Source of the DNA: Mobula hypostoma
Taxonomy: Eukaryota
DNA: 64,000 nucleotides
NCBI RefSeq assembly: GCF_963921235.1
Contig: NC_086097.1
Coordinates: forward strand, 165,914,001 to 165,978,000
Direction: 5' to 3'
Part shown: positions 11,454 through 23,742 of the stretch, in pieces
How the letters are laid out: every line of letters starts with the position of its first letter
Numbering within the stretch: the first letter of the stretch is position 1
Made by a program: the position numbers and the translations under genes
The notes under the pieces: generated by a model
Seen by the model: only the letters and a program-made list of their open reading frames with translations
What the model was told of the DNA's origin: nothing
The model's database searches: none

Positions 11454-12884
11454 CTACTGTCTAGCCTTGACTGCAAATCAGCTTCAAAAGAATTACAACA
11501 GTGAAAATGGTTCACTTCACCACCAGGTGGTGCACAAAGCAAGCTAGTGAAAGTCTTTGCCAGTGTTTGTAATTGGTCTGTTTCAAATGAGCTTTTCATA
11601 CAAAAATTAAAAGGCTGACATTAAAGTTTCAGCTATCTGCATTTCATTGTCCAATGCTATCTAGTTCCGTTAGTTGAAAAACTAAATTCTCACTGCACAA
11701 TCTTACCGTCATTGAGTAAAGGCATTGGAATAGGTGACTTTCTGGAATAAAATTTAAAAATGATTATGTGATCCTGAAGTATTCCCGTACCATCCACCAC
11801 TGTGAAATGTATGGGTAATTTAATCCATTGTAACATTGGATTGCATCTCAAATTTAAATTTACTTTGGAGTCCTTCGTAATAACCTACATTTAGCAGCCT
11901 ACAAAAGCCAATTTTGAAAGCTGTTCCAAATAAAGTAATGGTGAATTGAATTCTATTTGGGACTTGCCTCTCATTGTCGCAATTTCCTTTCATGTGCAAT
12001 AAAAAAAAACATTCTTGAATGGTGTACCAGAGGGAAGTTTTACTGCAGTTTGTTTAACCTGTTAAAACTTGAGCTTTTTGGACAGAAAATAATCTTTTGC
12101 TTTAAAAGTTTCAGCAAATATTGACCTTGTAGATACTATAAAGCTTAGTTTTGTAAATCACTAATTTCCAATAGCAATCAGATGGACTAATTCCCTTGTA
12201 CATATTTGAGGTGCTGTTTTTATTTTAAGATACTTATAAAACCCAAACCATAAACCTAATTCTAATATTTACATACAAAGACTGTAAAAAGCCTGGTAAA
12301 TTTCTGTTCTAGCATTTTACATTAAAGGTTACACCCCAAAAGCATTTTATAGATAAAGTAATTCTCAACTAGTACAGCAGCAGATGAAAAATATTACTGT
12401 CTGCCTACCTTTCAATAGATATAACTTACTAGTTTTCATTTAGTTCTATTGGGTACACAGATCAATCAAATATTATAGTTTACATTTCAAACAGACTATG
12501 CAGCTCTCTTAAAATTATTAAATTTGAAGCCAAACTTAGCAAGGCTAAGTAGAAGGAGACTTATTTAGTGGATGTCAGCTATTCGCAAATCTGCAACAAC
12601 TGCATTCAAAGTAATTCGAAACATTTGTTTAATCAATGCTTGGACACATATTTTGTGCTACAGATTTTCATTTGTAAGGTTGAGAACATTTCAGAGGAAC
12701 AGCAATTGAATTTGATTTGCATGAATTGACATAAATTTTACTTCAAAAATGTAGCTGTTGATACTAAATTAATGTCTGTGTATTCAGCCCTTCTTTGCAG
12801 TTTGTAAGCTAAAAATAATTGATCTATTTGTGAATAAACACTATATATATGACATTTCTGCGACTTTAGTGCCAGACTGGCAGA

Positions 12885-13415
12885 TTTTTCCCAGACTGTT
12901 GGACATCATTCCTATTAATACTTGATGAGGACTGGTGTGTGTTTCCTTGACTTGCCCTTCCTGAAGTTCCCAATCTGTCAGTTCCTTGTCACCAGCTGAG
13001 GTTCTGGAAACAACAGTTTTGTCATTGGCATATATATTAATGACATTTGAACTGTGCTTAGCCACACAGTCATGAGTGTAGAGAGTAGAGCAGTGCATCA
13101 AACACACATCCTTGACATGCACCACTGTTGATTGTCAGCGAGGAGGAGATGTCTACACTGACTGGCCTCTTAAGGAAGTCAAGGATTAAGTTTCAGAGGA
13201 GGATACAGAAGCCCAGGTTTTGAAGCTTTTTGAATAGGACTGAGGGGATGATGGCATTAAACGCTGAGGTGTAATCAATAAACAGCAGCCTGACATTGGT
13301 ATTGCTGTTATTCAAGTAATCCGAGGTCCAGTGGAGAGCCAATGAAATTACATTGGCCAGAGACCTATTTTGACAGTTGGCAGAATGCTGCATGTTCAGG
13401 TCCTTGCATATGCAG
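12885..13415 (-). mobile_element. Rex1/Babar LINE reverse transcriptase fragment
   Basis: ORFs 13193-13393 (VRLLFIDYTSAFNAIIPS) and 12841-13125 (LYTHDCVAKHSSNVI..YAND). Confidence 0.85.
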
Positions 13416-16400
13416 GAATGATAGTGGGATTTGAACTTGTCTCTAGATCAGTAAATCAGTGCTTCCTCTGCTAGGTGACTTAACTTAACCACTGTATTAC
13501 CATAACTCTTATTCTATTTCCTAGGTTCAGTTTGATTAAACTTATTGAAGCTAAATTTCAGAAGTGCTTTGCACTATGCAACTCCCATCGTGTGGGCACA
13601 TAGCTTGTGCTGCTGCAGAATACTTCCAAGTTCATGATGTTAAATAAATAGATAAGTAAAGCCACCTTACATCTAAGTCGAGATCTCAGATTATTTATAT
13701 GTCAATGTACATCAAAACTTACACTGAAATGTGCTGATTGCGATAGCAACCAACAAAAACTAAGGATGTGCTGGGGACAGCCCACAAGTGTCACCATACG
13801 TTCCAGCACCAACATAGCATGCCCACAATATTCAGCAGAACAACACAAGCAACAACAAAATAAGCTGCATGGTTATGATAACATCTGATAAATTCTTAAA
13901 ATGTGAAAAGAAGATATAGGAATAAAATTTAGAGTAGGTACAGACACAATACAAAGGAAATAATTATATCTAATTTGAAGGCAAAGATATTGCATGGTGG
14001 TTAACCTCATAATTTTAACAAGAATGTGATTTCCTAATCATAGTTCATATCTGAAATTGAAATTGGAAATTGTCAAATTCCTTGTATACATCATTAATCT
14101 AAATATGCAAGTAGTTTATTGAGTATGAATGAAATTCTGTAAGGGCTAAAAATGGGTTCAGTGGAGAAGAGGGGATATTGGACTACATAATTTATTTTTG
14201 TGATGACTCAGTAACCCATATTCTAAGGCAGTGTGACTTGGGCAAGGGCTAATAAGTAACAATATTTGTAAATTACCTTGAACATTGTGATGATTTTACT
14301 TACTCCTGAACATGAGCATTTTCAAGCAAAATAGAAGCTGAACCATCAAAGGGCTTATTGAGCATTAAAAATTCACAGAAGTTTGTTTCTTGGGAACATC
14401 TGAACAGAACAAATAAATAGAGTCCAGAATTTTAGGGAGGTAATTATGTAACTTGTAATGTGGAAGATTAAAGCAAACCTAAAGATGGTAAATTCACAGA
14501 TGAACTAGAGGCTAGAAGTAAGGCAGTGCAGATATTACAGATGCTTGCTTGGCTTGAGGTGACAAAAGGGAGGAGCAAAACCAGAATCACAGTTATTTCA
14601 CAGAACTGTTCAAGTGGGGAACCCACAGAGGCAATGAGGTAAATGGTACAAGGGAATGGCTCTCTCCAAAAAGGGGGAGGTTAATAACATCCACTTAAAG
14701 ATGGCACCGGTGAACAATGATGACGTTCTGTGGGCTGTGTACAATACTTCTAAATATACCTCCTTTGAATTACTCTCACTGCAATCTGCAGCATGTAATT
14801 TTGATTTAAGCAGCGTACTTCTAAATCAACTTAATAGATTCTAAATCAACTTATCGATTTCACAATCTGAAGAAGGACTTGGTGGGTTTACACTCAAGCA
14901 AGCAGGTATGGTACCTTTAAGCAGACAAAGGTTTTCACCATGGTTGGAAGTGAGGTGGGAAGGGGGGTGGGGGTGGAATTCCAAGCCAGGCTGAAATGCA
15001 GAGGGATGAGGCCCCCTCTTCCCAGCATCTTGTTAGCAAACCTGCAGTCACTGGAGAACAAAATTGAGAACCTGAAGGCTAGATTGTTGTATTGAAGGGA
15101 AATGAGAGATTGTTGTGTTTTATGTTTGAATGTGATGTGGCTTACTCCCAACATACCAGATACAGTGATCAGATCTGAAGGCTTCGCGATACACAGGATG
15201 GACCGAATTGCTGATTCAAACAAAGCAAAAGGTGAAGGTGTGTGCTTCATGATTAACTCTCTGTGCTGCACCGATGTGGCAGTTTTGTCAAACTCGAGTT
15301 CCCCTGTCCATAAACACCTAATGGTCAAATGCCATCTGTTCTATTGACCTAGGGAGTTCTCTTCCATAATCCTGACCGTAGCTTATGTACCACTACTGGC
15401 CGACTATAATCAAGTGTTTGAGATACTGCACGATGCTGTTACCAAACAAGAAACAGCCCATCCAACACATTTCAAATCAGGAGCTTCAACCAGGTTTGGT
15501 TGAAGAAAACCTTGTGCCTTTGCCATCAAAACCTGTAACACCAGAGGTCCCAATGCACTAGAGCACTGTTATACTTACATAAGGAATGCGTACCATTCCA
15601 TGCCCAAACTGCATTTCAATAAATCTGAACACTTGGCTGTCCTCTTACCTATATACAGGCAGAGGCTAAAGAAGAAAGCTCCAGAGATGAGGACGACAAA
15701 AAGCTGGTCGTGAGACACAGAGGTGTGTCTATGTGATTGCTTTGAGTTGGTAGACTGGGCTGCGATCAAGTACTCGTCTGTGGATCTGAACTAACACACC
15801 ATGCTTGTCATGGACTTTATTACTTGAGTGTGTCCCTACAAAATCATTTAGTCTTTCCCCAAACAGCAGCCATGAGATCTGCAATCTGCTGAGGGCCAGA
15901 TCAGAAGCATTCAAGTCTGGTGACCAAGAAAGTTACAAGAGGCCCAGCTACGATCTCCAGAAAACCATCTCATGGGTGAAGTAGCAAATTACTTGAACTG
16001 CCACTTGAATCAACTGAACTTGAATCAATGAAGAATACTTGACAATTGTGGCATAGCTTGAATACTATCACCTCTTATAAAGTTAAGTCAAGCAACATAG
16101 ACATATTTCCAGAAGAGCTCAATACCTATGCTTGTTTTGATTGTTAAAACATGGAGGAACCATCACAAACTCCTATAGCTACTGATGATTTTGTGATTTC
16201 AGTCTCTGAGGCCAATGTGCAGGCTGCCTTTAGGGGGCATGAACCCACAAGAAGCCTCTGGCCCAAACAGGGTACCTGGCCAAGTACTGAGGAGCTGAGC
16301 TGATCAACTGGCTGGAGAGTTTATTGAGATCATTAACTTCTCACTTTGCCGGTCTGTGGTTCCCAACTGCTTCAAACAGGCTTCATTTATACCAGTACCT

Positions 16401-16994
16401 AAGAAGAACATGGTAACCTGCCTCCCTGATTATCGTCCAGTCGCATTTACATCCTCAGTGATGAAGTGTTTTGAGAGGTTGGTGATAAAACACACCAATT
16501 CCTGCCGGAGAAGCCACTTGGATCCACTCAAATTTGTCCTCTGGAGCAACAGGTCCACAGCAGATGCCATCTCACTGGCTTTTCATTCAACCCCGGAACA
16601 TCTGGACAGTAAGTGATGAGATTGCTGGGGTATTGAGCTGAATCTTCGTGTAATCTCCAGGCACAGGCGAGGTCCCAGAGGACTAATGAATAGCTAATGG
16701 CTAGTGCACTTCTGTTTATGAAAGGAACAAGAAAAAAACATGGAAATATAAACTTCTGAGTCTCATATCAGCTGCAGGGATAGTGCTGGAGAAAATTCTT
16801 AAGGATAGGATATAAGAGCATTTGGAAACCGGTGGGCTAATTAGTGAGAACCAGCATGACTTTATGTAGGGCAAGTTGTGTTTTACCAACTTGACTGAAT
16901 TTTTAACAAGGTGATGACAGAAATTGATGAAGGTAGAGCAGTGGATATTGTCTGCATGGATTTTAGTAAGGCATTTGATAAAGTCACTCATGGG

Positions 16995-19900
16995 TGCTCC
17001 TGTCAGAGCGAGTTAGGGAATTGGAGCTGGAGCTGGATGAACTACAGATCATTCGGGAGGCAGAGACAGAGATAGATAAGAGTTATTGGGAGGTAGTCAC
17101 ACCGAAAAGACGGGAGGTAGGCAACTGGGTGACTGTCAGGAGTTGGAGGGGGAGCAGGCAGAGAGAGCAGAGCACCCCTGTGGCCATTCCCATCAACAAT
17201 AAGTATACCATTTTGGATACTGTTGGTGGGGATGACCTACCAGGAATAAGTTGCAGTGGTCCTGTCTCTGGCACTGAGGTTGGACCCTCGATTCAGAAGG
17301 GGAGGAGGGAAGAGAGGACAGCAGTAGTGATAGGGGATTCTATAGTCGGGGGGCAGATAGGAGATTTTGTGGGGGAGATCGGGAGTCTCGGATGGTATGT
17401 TGCCTCCCTGGTGCCGGGGTCCGGGACATCTCAGATCGGGTGCAGGTTATTCTCGAGAGGGAGGGCAAGAATCCAGATGTTGTGGTTCATGTAGAGACCA
17501 ATGACATAGGTAGGAAGAGTGAGGGGGTCCTGTGTAGTGAGTTCAGGGAGTTAGGTGCGAAGCTGAAGGGCAGGACCTCTAGGGTAACAATCTCAGGATT
17601 GCTACCTGTGCCACGTGCGAGTGAGGTGAGGAACAGAAGGATTATACAGATCAATACGTGGCTGAGAGGATGGTGCAGGAGGGAAGGCTTCAGGTTTTTA
17701 GATAATTTGACTTTGTTCCAGGGAAGGTGGGATCTGTTCCGACGGGACGGTTTACACCTGAACTGGAGGGGTACTAACATTCTTGCAGGAAAGTTTGCTA
17801 GTGCTGCTTGGGGGGGTTTAAACTAAATTTGCAGGGGGCAGGGATCCAGAATGTGAGAGAGGATAGCGAGATGAAGTATAAAGGACAGGTGGGGACTACA
17901 CGGTTCCGGAATATTAAGTATGAAGTAGAGAAAGGTGAGGTGGAACGAGTGATAAGGAGGATACATGTGCAGAGGGATGGTCTGACGGAGCATGCAGTTA
18001 AATGTGCAGAAAGAGTAAGTAAATTTAAGAAGGACAACAAAATTCAAGGGGCGTATAGCCCGGTGAGAGTTCGGGGAGCTGGGTTATGCACAATAGGCAG
18101 CGATTTAAACAGAGAGAGGAGAAATGGGTTAAAAATTCTATATCTGAATGCACGAAGTGTCAGAAATAAGGCGGATGAGCTTGAAGCTCAGGTGCGAATG
18201 GGTAACTATGATATTGTTGGGATAACAGAGACATTGCTGCAGGGGGATCAGACCTGGGAATTGAATGTACAAAGGTATATGTGCTATCGAAGGGACAGAA
18301 AGGTGGGGTGGCCCTGTTGGTGAGGAATGAGATTCAGTCCCTTGCAAGGGGGGACATAGAATCAGGTGAAGTAGAGTCAGTGTGGATAGAACTGAGGAAC
18401 AGTAAGGGCAAAAAGACCCTAATAGGTGTTATCTACAGGCCCCCAAACAGTAGCATGGATATTGGGTGCAAGTTGAATAGGGAGTTAACAATGGCATGTG
18501 GCAAAGGAAATGTCGCAGTAGTTATGGGGGATTTCAACATGCAGGGGAACTGGGAAAATCAGGTTGGTACTGGACCCCAGGATAGGGAGTTTGTAGAGTG
18601 CCTACGGGATGCATTTTTGGAACAGCTTGTACGAGAGCCGACCAGGGATAAGGCTATTCTGGATTTAGTGTTGAGCAATGAAGAAGATTTGATAAGTGAT
18701 CTTGAAGTAAAGGAGCCATTAGGAGGTAGTGACCATAATATGATAAGTTTTTATCTGCGAATTGAGAGGGATAAGGGCAGATCAGAAGTGTCAGTATTGC
18801 AGTTGAACAAAGGAGACTATGGAGCCATGAGGGAGGAGCTGGCCAAAGTTGACTTGTCGGATATCCTAGCAGAAAAGACAGTGGAACAGCAATGGCAGGT
18901 ATTCTTGGGAATAATGCACAAGGTGCAACATCAGTTCATCTCCTGGAGAAGGAAGGATTCAAAGGGGGGAAAGTGGCCACAGTGGTTGACAAAGGAAGTC
19001 AGAGATAGCATAGCATTAAAAAAAGAAGTATAACAGAGCTAAGCTAAGGTGAGTGGGAAGACGGATGATTGGGAAATTTTTAAGGAGCAACAGAACTTAG
19101 CTAAAAAGGCAATATGGGGAGAAAAATGAGGTATGAACGCAAGCTAGCTAGGAATATAAAGGAGGATAGCAAAAGTTTTTTTAGGTATGTGAAGAGAAGG
19201 AAGATAGTTAGGAACAATGCTGGGCCCTTGAAGAATGAACTGGGAGAAATTGTTATGGGAAACAGAGAAATGGCAGACGAATTTAATAAGTACTTTGGAT
19301 CTGTCTTCACTGGGGAAGACACAAGCAATCTCCCAGATGTATGGATGGGCCAAGGACATAGGGTAACAGAGGAACTGAAACAGATTGACATTAGGAAAGA
19401 AACGGTGATGAGTAGACTGATGGGACTGAAGGCTAACAAATCCCCAAGTCCAGATGGTCTGCATCCTAGGGTACTAAAGAAGGTGGCTCTGGAAATTGCG
19501 GATGCATTGGTGATCGTTTTCCAATGTTCCTTAGATTCAGGATCAGTTCCTGAGGATTGGCGAATGGCTAATGTTATCCCACTTTTTAAGAAAGGAGGGG
19601 AGGAGAAAACAGAGAACTATCGCCCTGTTAGCCTAACGTCAGTAGTGGGGAAGATGCTAGAGTCCATTATTAAAGATGAAATAGCGGCATATCTTGATAG
19701 CAGTGATAGGATTGGGCCGAGCCAGCATGGATTTACCAAAGGCAAATCATGCTTGACTAATCTATTGGAGTTTTTCAAGGATGTAACCAGAAAGATAGAC
19801 GCGGGAGATCCAGTGGATGTGGTGCACCTTGACTTTCGGAAGGCATTCAATAGGAGATTGGTGGGTAAAATCAGAGCTCATGGCATTGGGGGGAGGATAT

Positions 19901-20972
19901 TGACATGGATAGAAAACTGGTTGGCAGATGGAAAGCAAAGGGTAGCAGTGAATGGGTGTTTCTTGGAATGGCAGGTGGTGACTAATGGGATGCTACAGGG
20001 CTCGGTATTGGGACCACAGCTGTTTAAGATTTACATCAGTGATTTAGAGGAAGGCATTGTGAATAACATCAGCAAGTTTGCTGATGATACTAAGCTGGGT
20101 GGCGGTGTGACATGTGATGAGGATGTTAGGAGAATTCAAGGTGACTTGGATAGGCTGGGTGAGTGGGCAGAAACTTGGCAGATGGCGTTTAATGTGAATA
20201 AGTGTGAGGTTATTCACTTTGGGAGCAAGACAGGAAGGCAGATTATTATCTGAACGGTGTGGAGTTAGGTAAGGGAGAAATACAAAGAGGTCTAGGAGTA
20301 CTTGTTCATCAGTCTCTGAAGGTGAATGAGCAAGTGCAGCAGGCAGTGAAGAAGACGAATGGAATGTTGGCCTTTGTTACAAAGGGAATTGAATACAAGA
20401 GCAAGGAAATCCTTTTGCGTTTGTACAGGGCCCTGGTGAGACCACACCTGGAGTATTGTGTGCAGTTTTGGTCTCCAGGGTTAAGGAAGGACATCCTGGC
20501 TGTGGAGGAGGTGCAGCGTAGGTTCACTAGGTTAATTCCTGGGATGTCCGGACTGTTTTACGCAGAGAAGTTAGAGAGACTGGGCTTGTACACACTGGAA
20601 TTAAGGAGATTGAGGGGGGATCTGATTGAGACATATAAGATTATTAAGGGATTGGACAAGATAGAGGCAGGAAATATGTTCCAGATGCTGGGAGAATCCA
20701 GTACCAGAGGGCATGGTTTAAGAATAAGGGGTAGGTCATTTAGGACAGAGTTGAGGAGGAACTTCTTCTCCCAGAGAGTTGTGGAGGTGTGGAACCAATT
20801 CTCTGGATGCTTTCAAGAAGGAGCTAGATAGGTATCTTATGGATAGGGGAATCAAGGGTTATGGGGACAAGGCAGGAACCGGGTATTGATAGTAGATGAT
20901 CAGCCATGATCTCAGAATGGCAGTGCAGGCTCGAAGGGCCGAATGGTCTACTTCTGCACCTATTGTCTATTG
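16995..20972 (+). mobile_element. Young, nearly complete CR1 LINE: ORF1 with SGNH esterase domain, ORF2 APE endonuclease plus RT, few frameshifts
   Basis: 7-bp TSD TCATGGG (16988-16994, 20973-20979). ORF1 pieces 16994-17826 (VIGDSIV, GAGV, VHVETND, DGLH); ORF2 pieces 17808-20831 (YLNARS, GITET, YRPPN, GDFN, SDHN, QGSVLGP, FADD); CTATTGT-repeat tail. Confidence 0.95.
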
Positions 20973-21655
20973 TCATGGGAGGCTAATCCAGAAGATTAAG
21001 AATGCATGGGCTCCATGGTGAATTGGCTGTTTGGATTCAGAACTGGCTTGCACACTGACAGCGAGTGTAGTGTTTGAAAGTACTTATTCGAGCTGGAGGT
21101 CTGTAATTTATGGAGTTCCACAGGGATCTGTTCTGGGACCTCTGCTATTTGTGATGTATAGTATATAAATGACCTGGATGAAAATGTAGATGGATAGATT
21201 AGTAAGTTTGTAGATGATGCCAAGAATGGTGGAGCTTGTGGAAAATGCAGAAGACTGGCAAAGTATACAGTGCAATATAGATTAGTTACAGATATGGTCA
21301 GAGAAATGGCAGATAGAGTTTAACCCAGATAAATGTGAAGTGTTACACCTTGGTAGGACAAATGCAAGGAGAGAGTACACTGTTAAGGGCATGACCCTTA
21401 ACAATGTTGCTGAGCAGAGAGATCTTGGAATCCAAGTTCATAGCTCCTTGAAAGTGGCAACACAGGTTGACGTTGGTTAAAAAGGCTTATGGAATGCTTG
21501 CTTTCAATAATTGAGGCATTGAATTCAAAAGTCAAGAGGCATCTTTATAGAACTCTGGTTAGGCCACATCTGGAGTATTGCACACAGTTCTGGTTGCTCC
21601 AGCATAGGAAGGATGTTGAGGCTTTGCAGAAGGTGCAGGAGAGGTTTACTAGGAT

Positions 21656-23742
21656 CATCATCATCATCAGGTGCCATGCCCAGTTTGAGCTTTGGCTGCC
21701 ATGGACCACACACTCCTGTTTCGGGTCAAGTGGATCAAATCATTGGTATTCATTTCCAGTTCTCTGACTGCTGTCTCCATCATCATTTGTATTTGTCTTT
21801 GTCTTCCTCTTGCTTTCTTCCCTTCAATCATTCCATAAATTATCGTGCATTCTAACTCCTCTTTCCTAATCACATGTCCAATGAAGTTACGTTGCCTTTT
21901 CATGATCTCATACATTATTTCTCTTTTTTGTGTTTGCGCTGTTCATGACATCCTCATTAGATATTTGTTTTGTCCATGATATTCTTTGCATCATCCTCAA
22001 AAACCACATCTCTGCTGCTTCAATTCGTTTCCTTATGTTACTAGATATTGTCCAGCATTCTGAGCCATATAACATAACTGGATAAACGTAACATTTCAGT
22101 ACTCTGAGGCGGGTTGTCATGCCTAGTTTAGTATTGGTCAGTATACTCTTCATTCTTGTAAAGGTGTCTTTTGCCACCCCTATTATTCTTTTGATGTCCA
22201 TGTCGCACCTGCCATCTGATGTCACCCAGCTTCCTAAGTAGCAAAAGTTCTGTACTTGTTTTATGTCTTCCCCGTTCATTCTCAGCCTGCAGATAGGATT
22301 CTCCTTCTTTTTGGATATCACCATACATTCTGTCTTTTTGCAATTGATAGATAGACCCATTTTTGCACTTTCTTCAACAATTATATCAATTAAGTTTTGT
22401 AGTTCTTCCTCCATACTTGCAATTAACAGTGTCATCCGCATATCTGATATTATTGATGTTTTCACCGCTATCTTTGATTCCCAAGATGTCTCTTATTTTT
22501 TGTAATATTGTTTCACTGTACACATTAAATAAATCAGGGGAGAAAACACACCCTTGTCTAACGCCTCTCTTAATTTCCGTAAACTGACTCACTTCTCCAT
22601 CTATTCTTACAGCAGCAGTTTGTTCGTAGTACAGATTTCTGATTTGGTGGATGTCTTTCGAATCTAGATCTAGAGTTTTCTGTAATATTTCAAATAACTT
22701 ATTGTGTTTCACTTTATCAAATGCTTTTGTGTAGTCAATAAAACAAACAAACAATTCTTTTTGCACTTGAATAGCTCATTCTGATGGTATCCTTAACATC
22801 AATATTGCGTTTCTTGTACCTTTGTCTTTCGCAAAACCACTTTGTTCTTTACCTATTTCAGCTTGTATCTTACTTTTAGCTCTTGTCATCAAAATTCTTG
22901 GAAGTATCTTGGTAATATGACTCATTAAACTTATGGTCCTGTGTAATTCACATTCTATTGCTCCAGCTTTCTTAGGAAGAGTGATAAATACTGATTTTTT
23001 TTTTTCATCTCTTCTGGTATTATTCCAGTCTCATAAATGTTATTGATTAAATCAGTAATTTCTTCAATTCCATAATCTTCAAGGGCGGTAATTTGTTCTA
23101 TTACTAATTCATCAGGACCTGCTGCCTTTCCTTTCTTCATCTTATTTATTACATTCTGAACTTCAGATTTTAAAATACTTGGACCTTTAATGTTTTTCTT
23201 AATTTCTGGTTTTTCACCTCAATTGTCTTCAAACAATTCCTGAATATACTCAGTCCATCTGTTCATAAACTCATCTTTTTCCATGATAATGTTACCGTCC
23301 TTTGCTTTCAAACATCCATCTGCAGAACAGAGGAGCTTTTTACCAGTGATATTCTTGATTTGTTGATGTAACCTTTTTGGATCAGTCATAGGGATTCTTT
23401 CTATTTGCTCACATTCCTGGTTTAACCATTCTTCTTTGGCTTTTTGACATAAGATTTTAACTTTTTTATCTAAGGACTTATATTCTCTTGGAAACAACAG
23501 GAATTCTGCAGATGCTGGAAATTCAAGCAACACACATCAAAGTTGCTGGTGAACGCAGCAGGCCAGGCAGCATCTGTAGGAAGAGGTGCAGTCGACGTTT
23601 CAGGAAGAGTCCTTCAGTTAGTCCTGACGAAGGGTCTCGGCCTGAAACGTTGACTGCACCTCTTCCTACAGATGCTGCCTGGCCTGCTGCGTTCACCAGC
23701 AACTTTGATGTGTATATTCTCTTGGATTTGCTTATCTGACTC
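21656..23742 (-). mobile_element. 5'-truncated RTE-clade LINE
   Basis: 8-bp TSD ACTAGGAT (21648-21655, 23743-23750) and (GAT)n tail. ORFs 22386-22766 (FIDYTKAFDKV, GVRQGCVFSP, RYADD), 21908-22465 (MLYGSECW, AAEMWFLR) and 21667-21915 (GKKARGRQR). Confidence 0.93.
23493..23712. mobile_element. Fold-back Penelope-derived insert with hammerhead motif, inside the RTE
   Basis: 14-bp TSD TATATTCTCTTGGA (23479-23492, 23713-23726); inverted arms; AGTC-CTGACGA-AGGGTCTCGGCCT-GAAA-CGTT-GACT at ~23620-23655. Confidence 0.8.

Noticed and set aside
17392..17826. Stand-alone host GDSL/SGNH lipase gene
   Set aside because: It is the frameshifted ORF1 of a TSD-bounded CR1.
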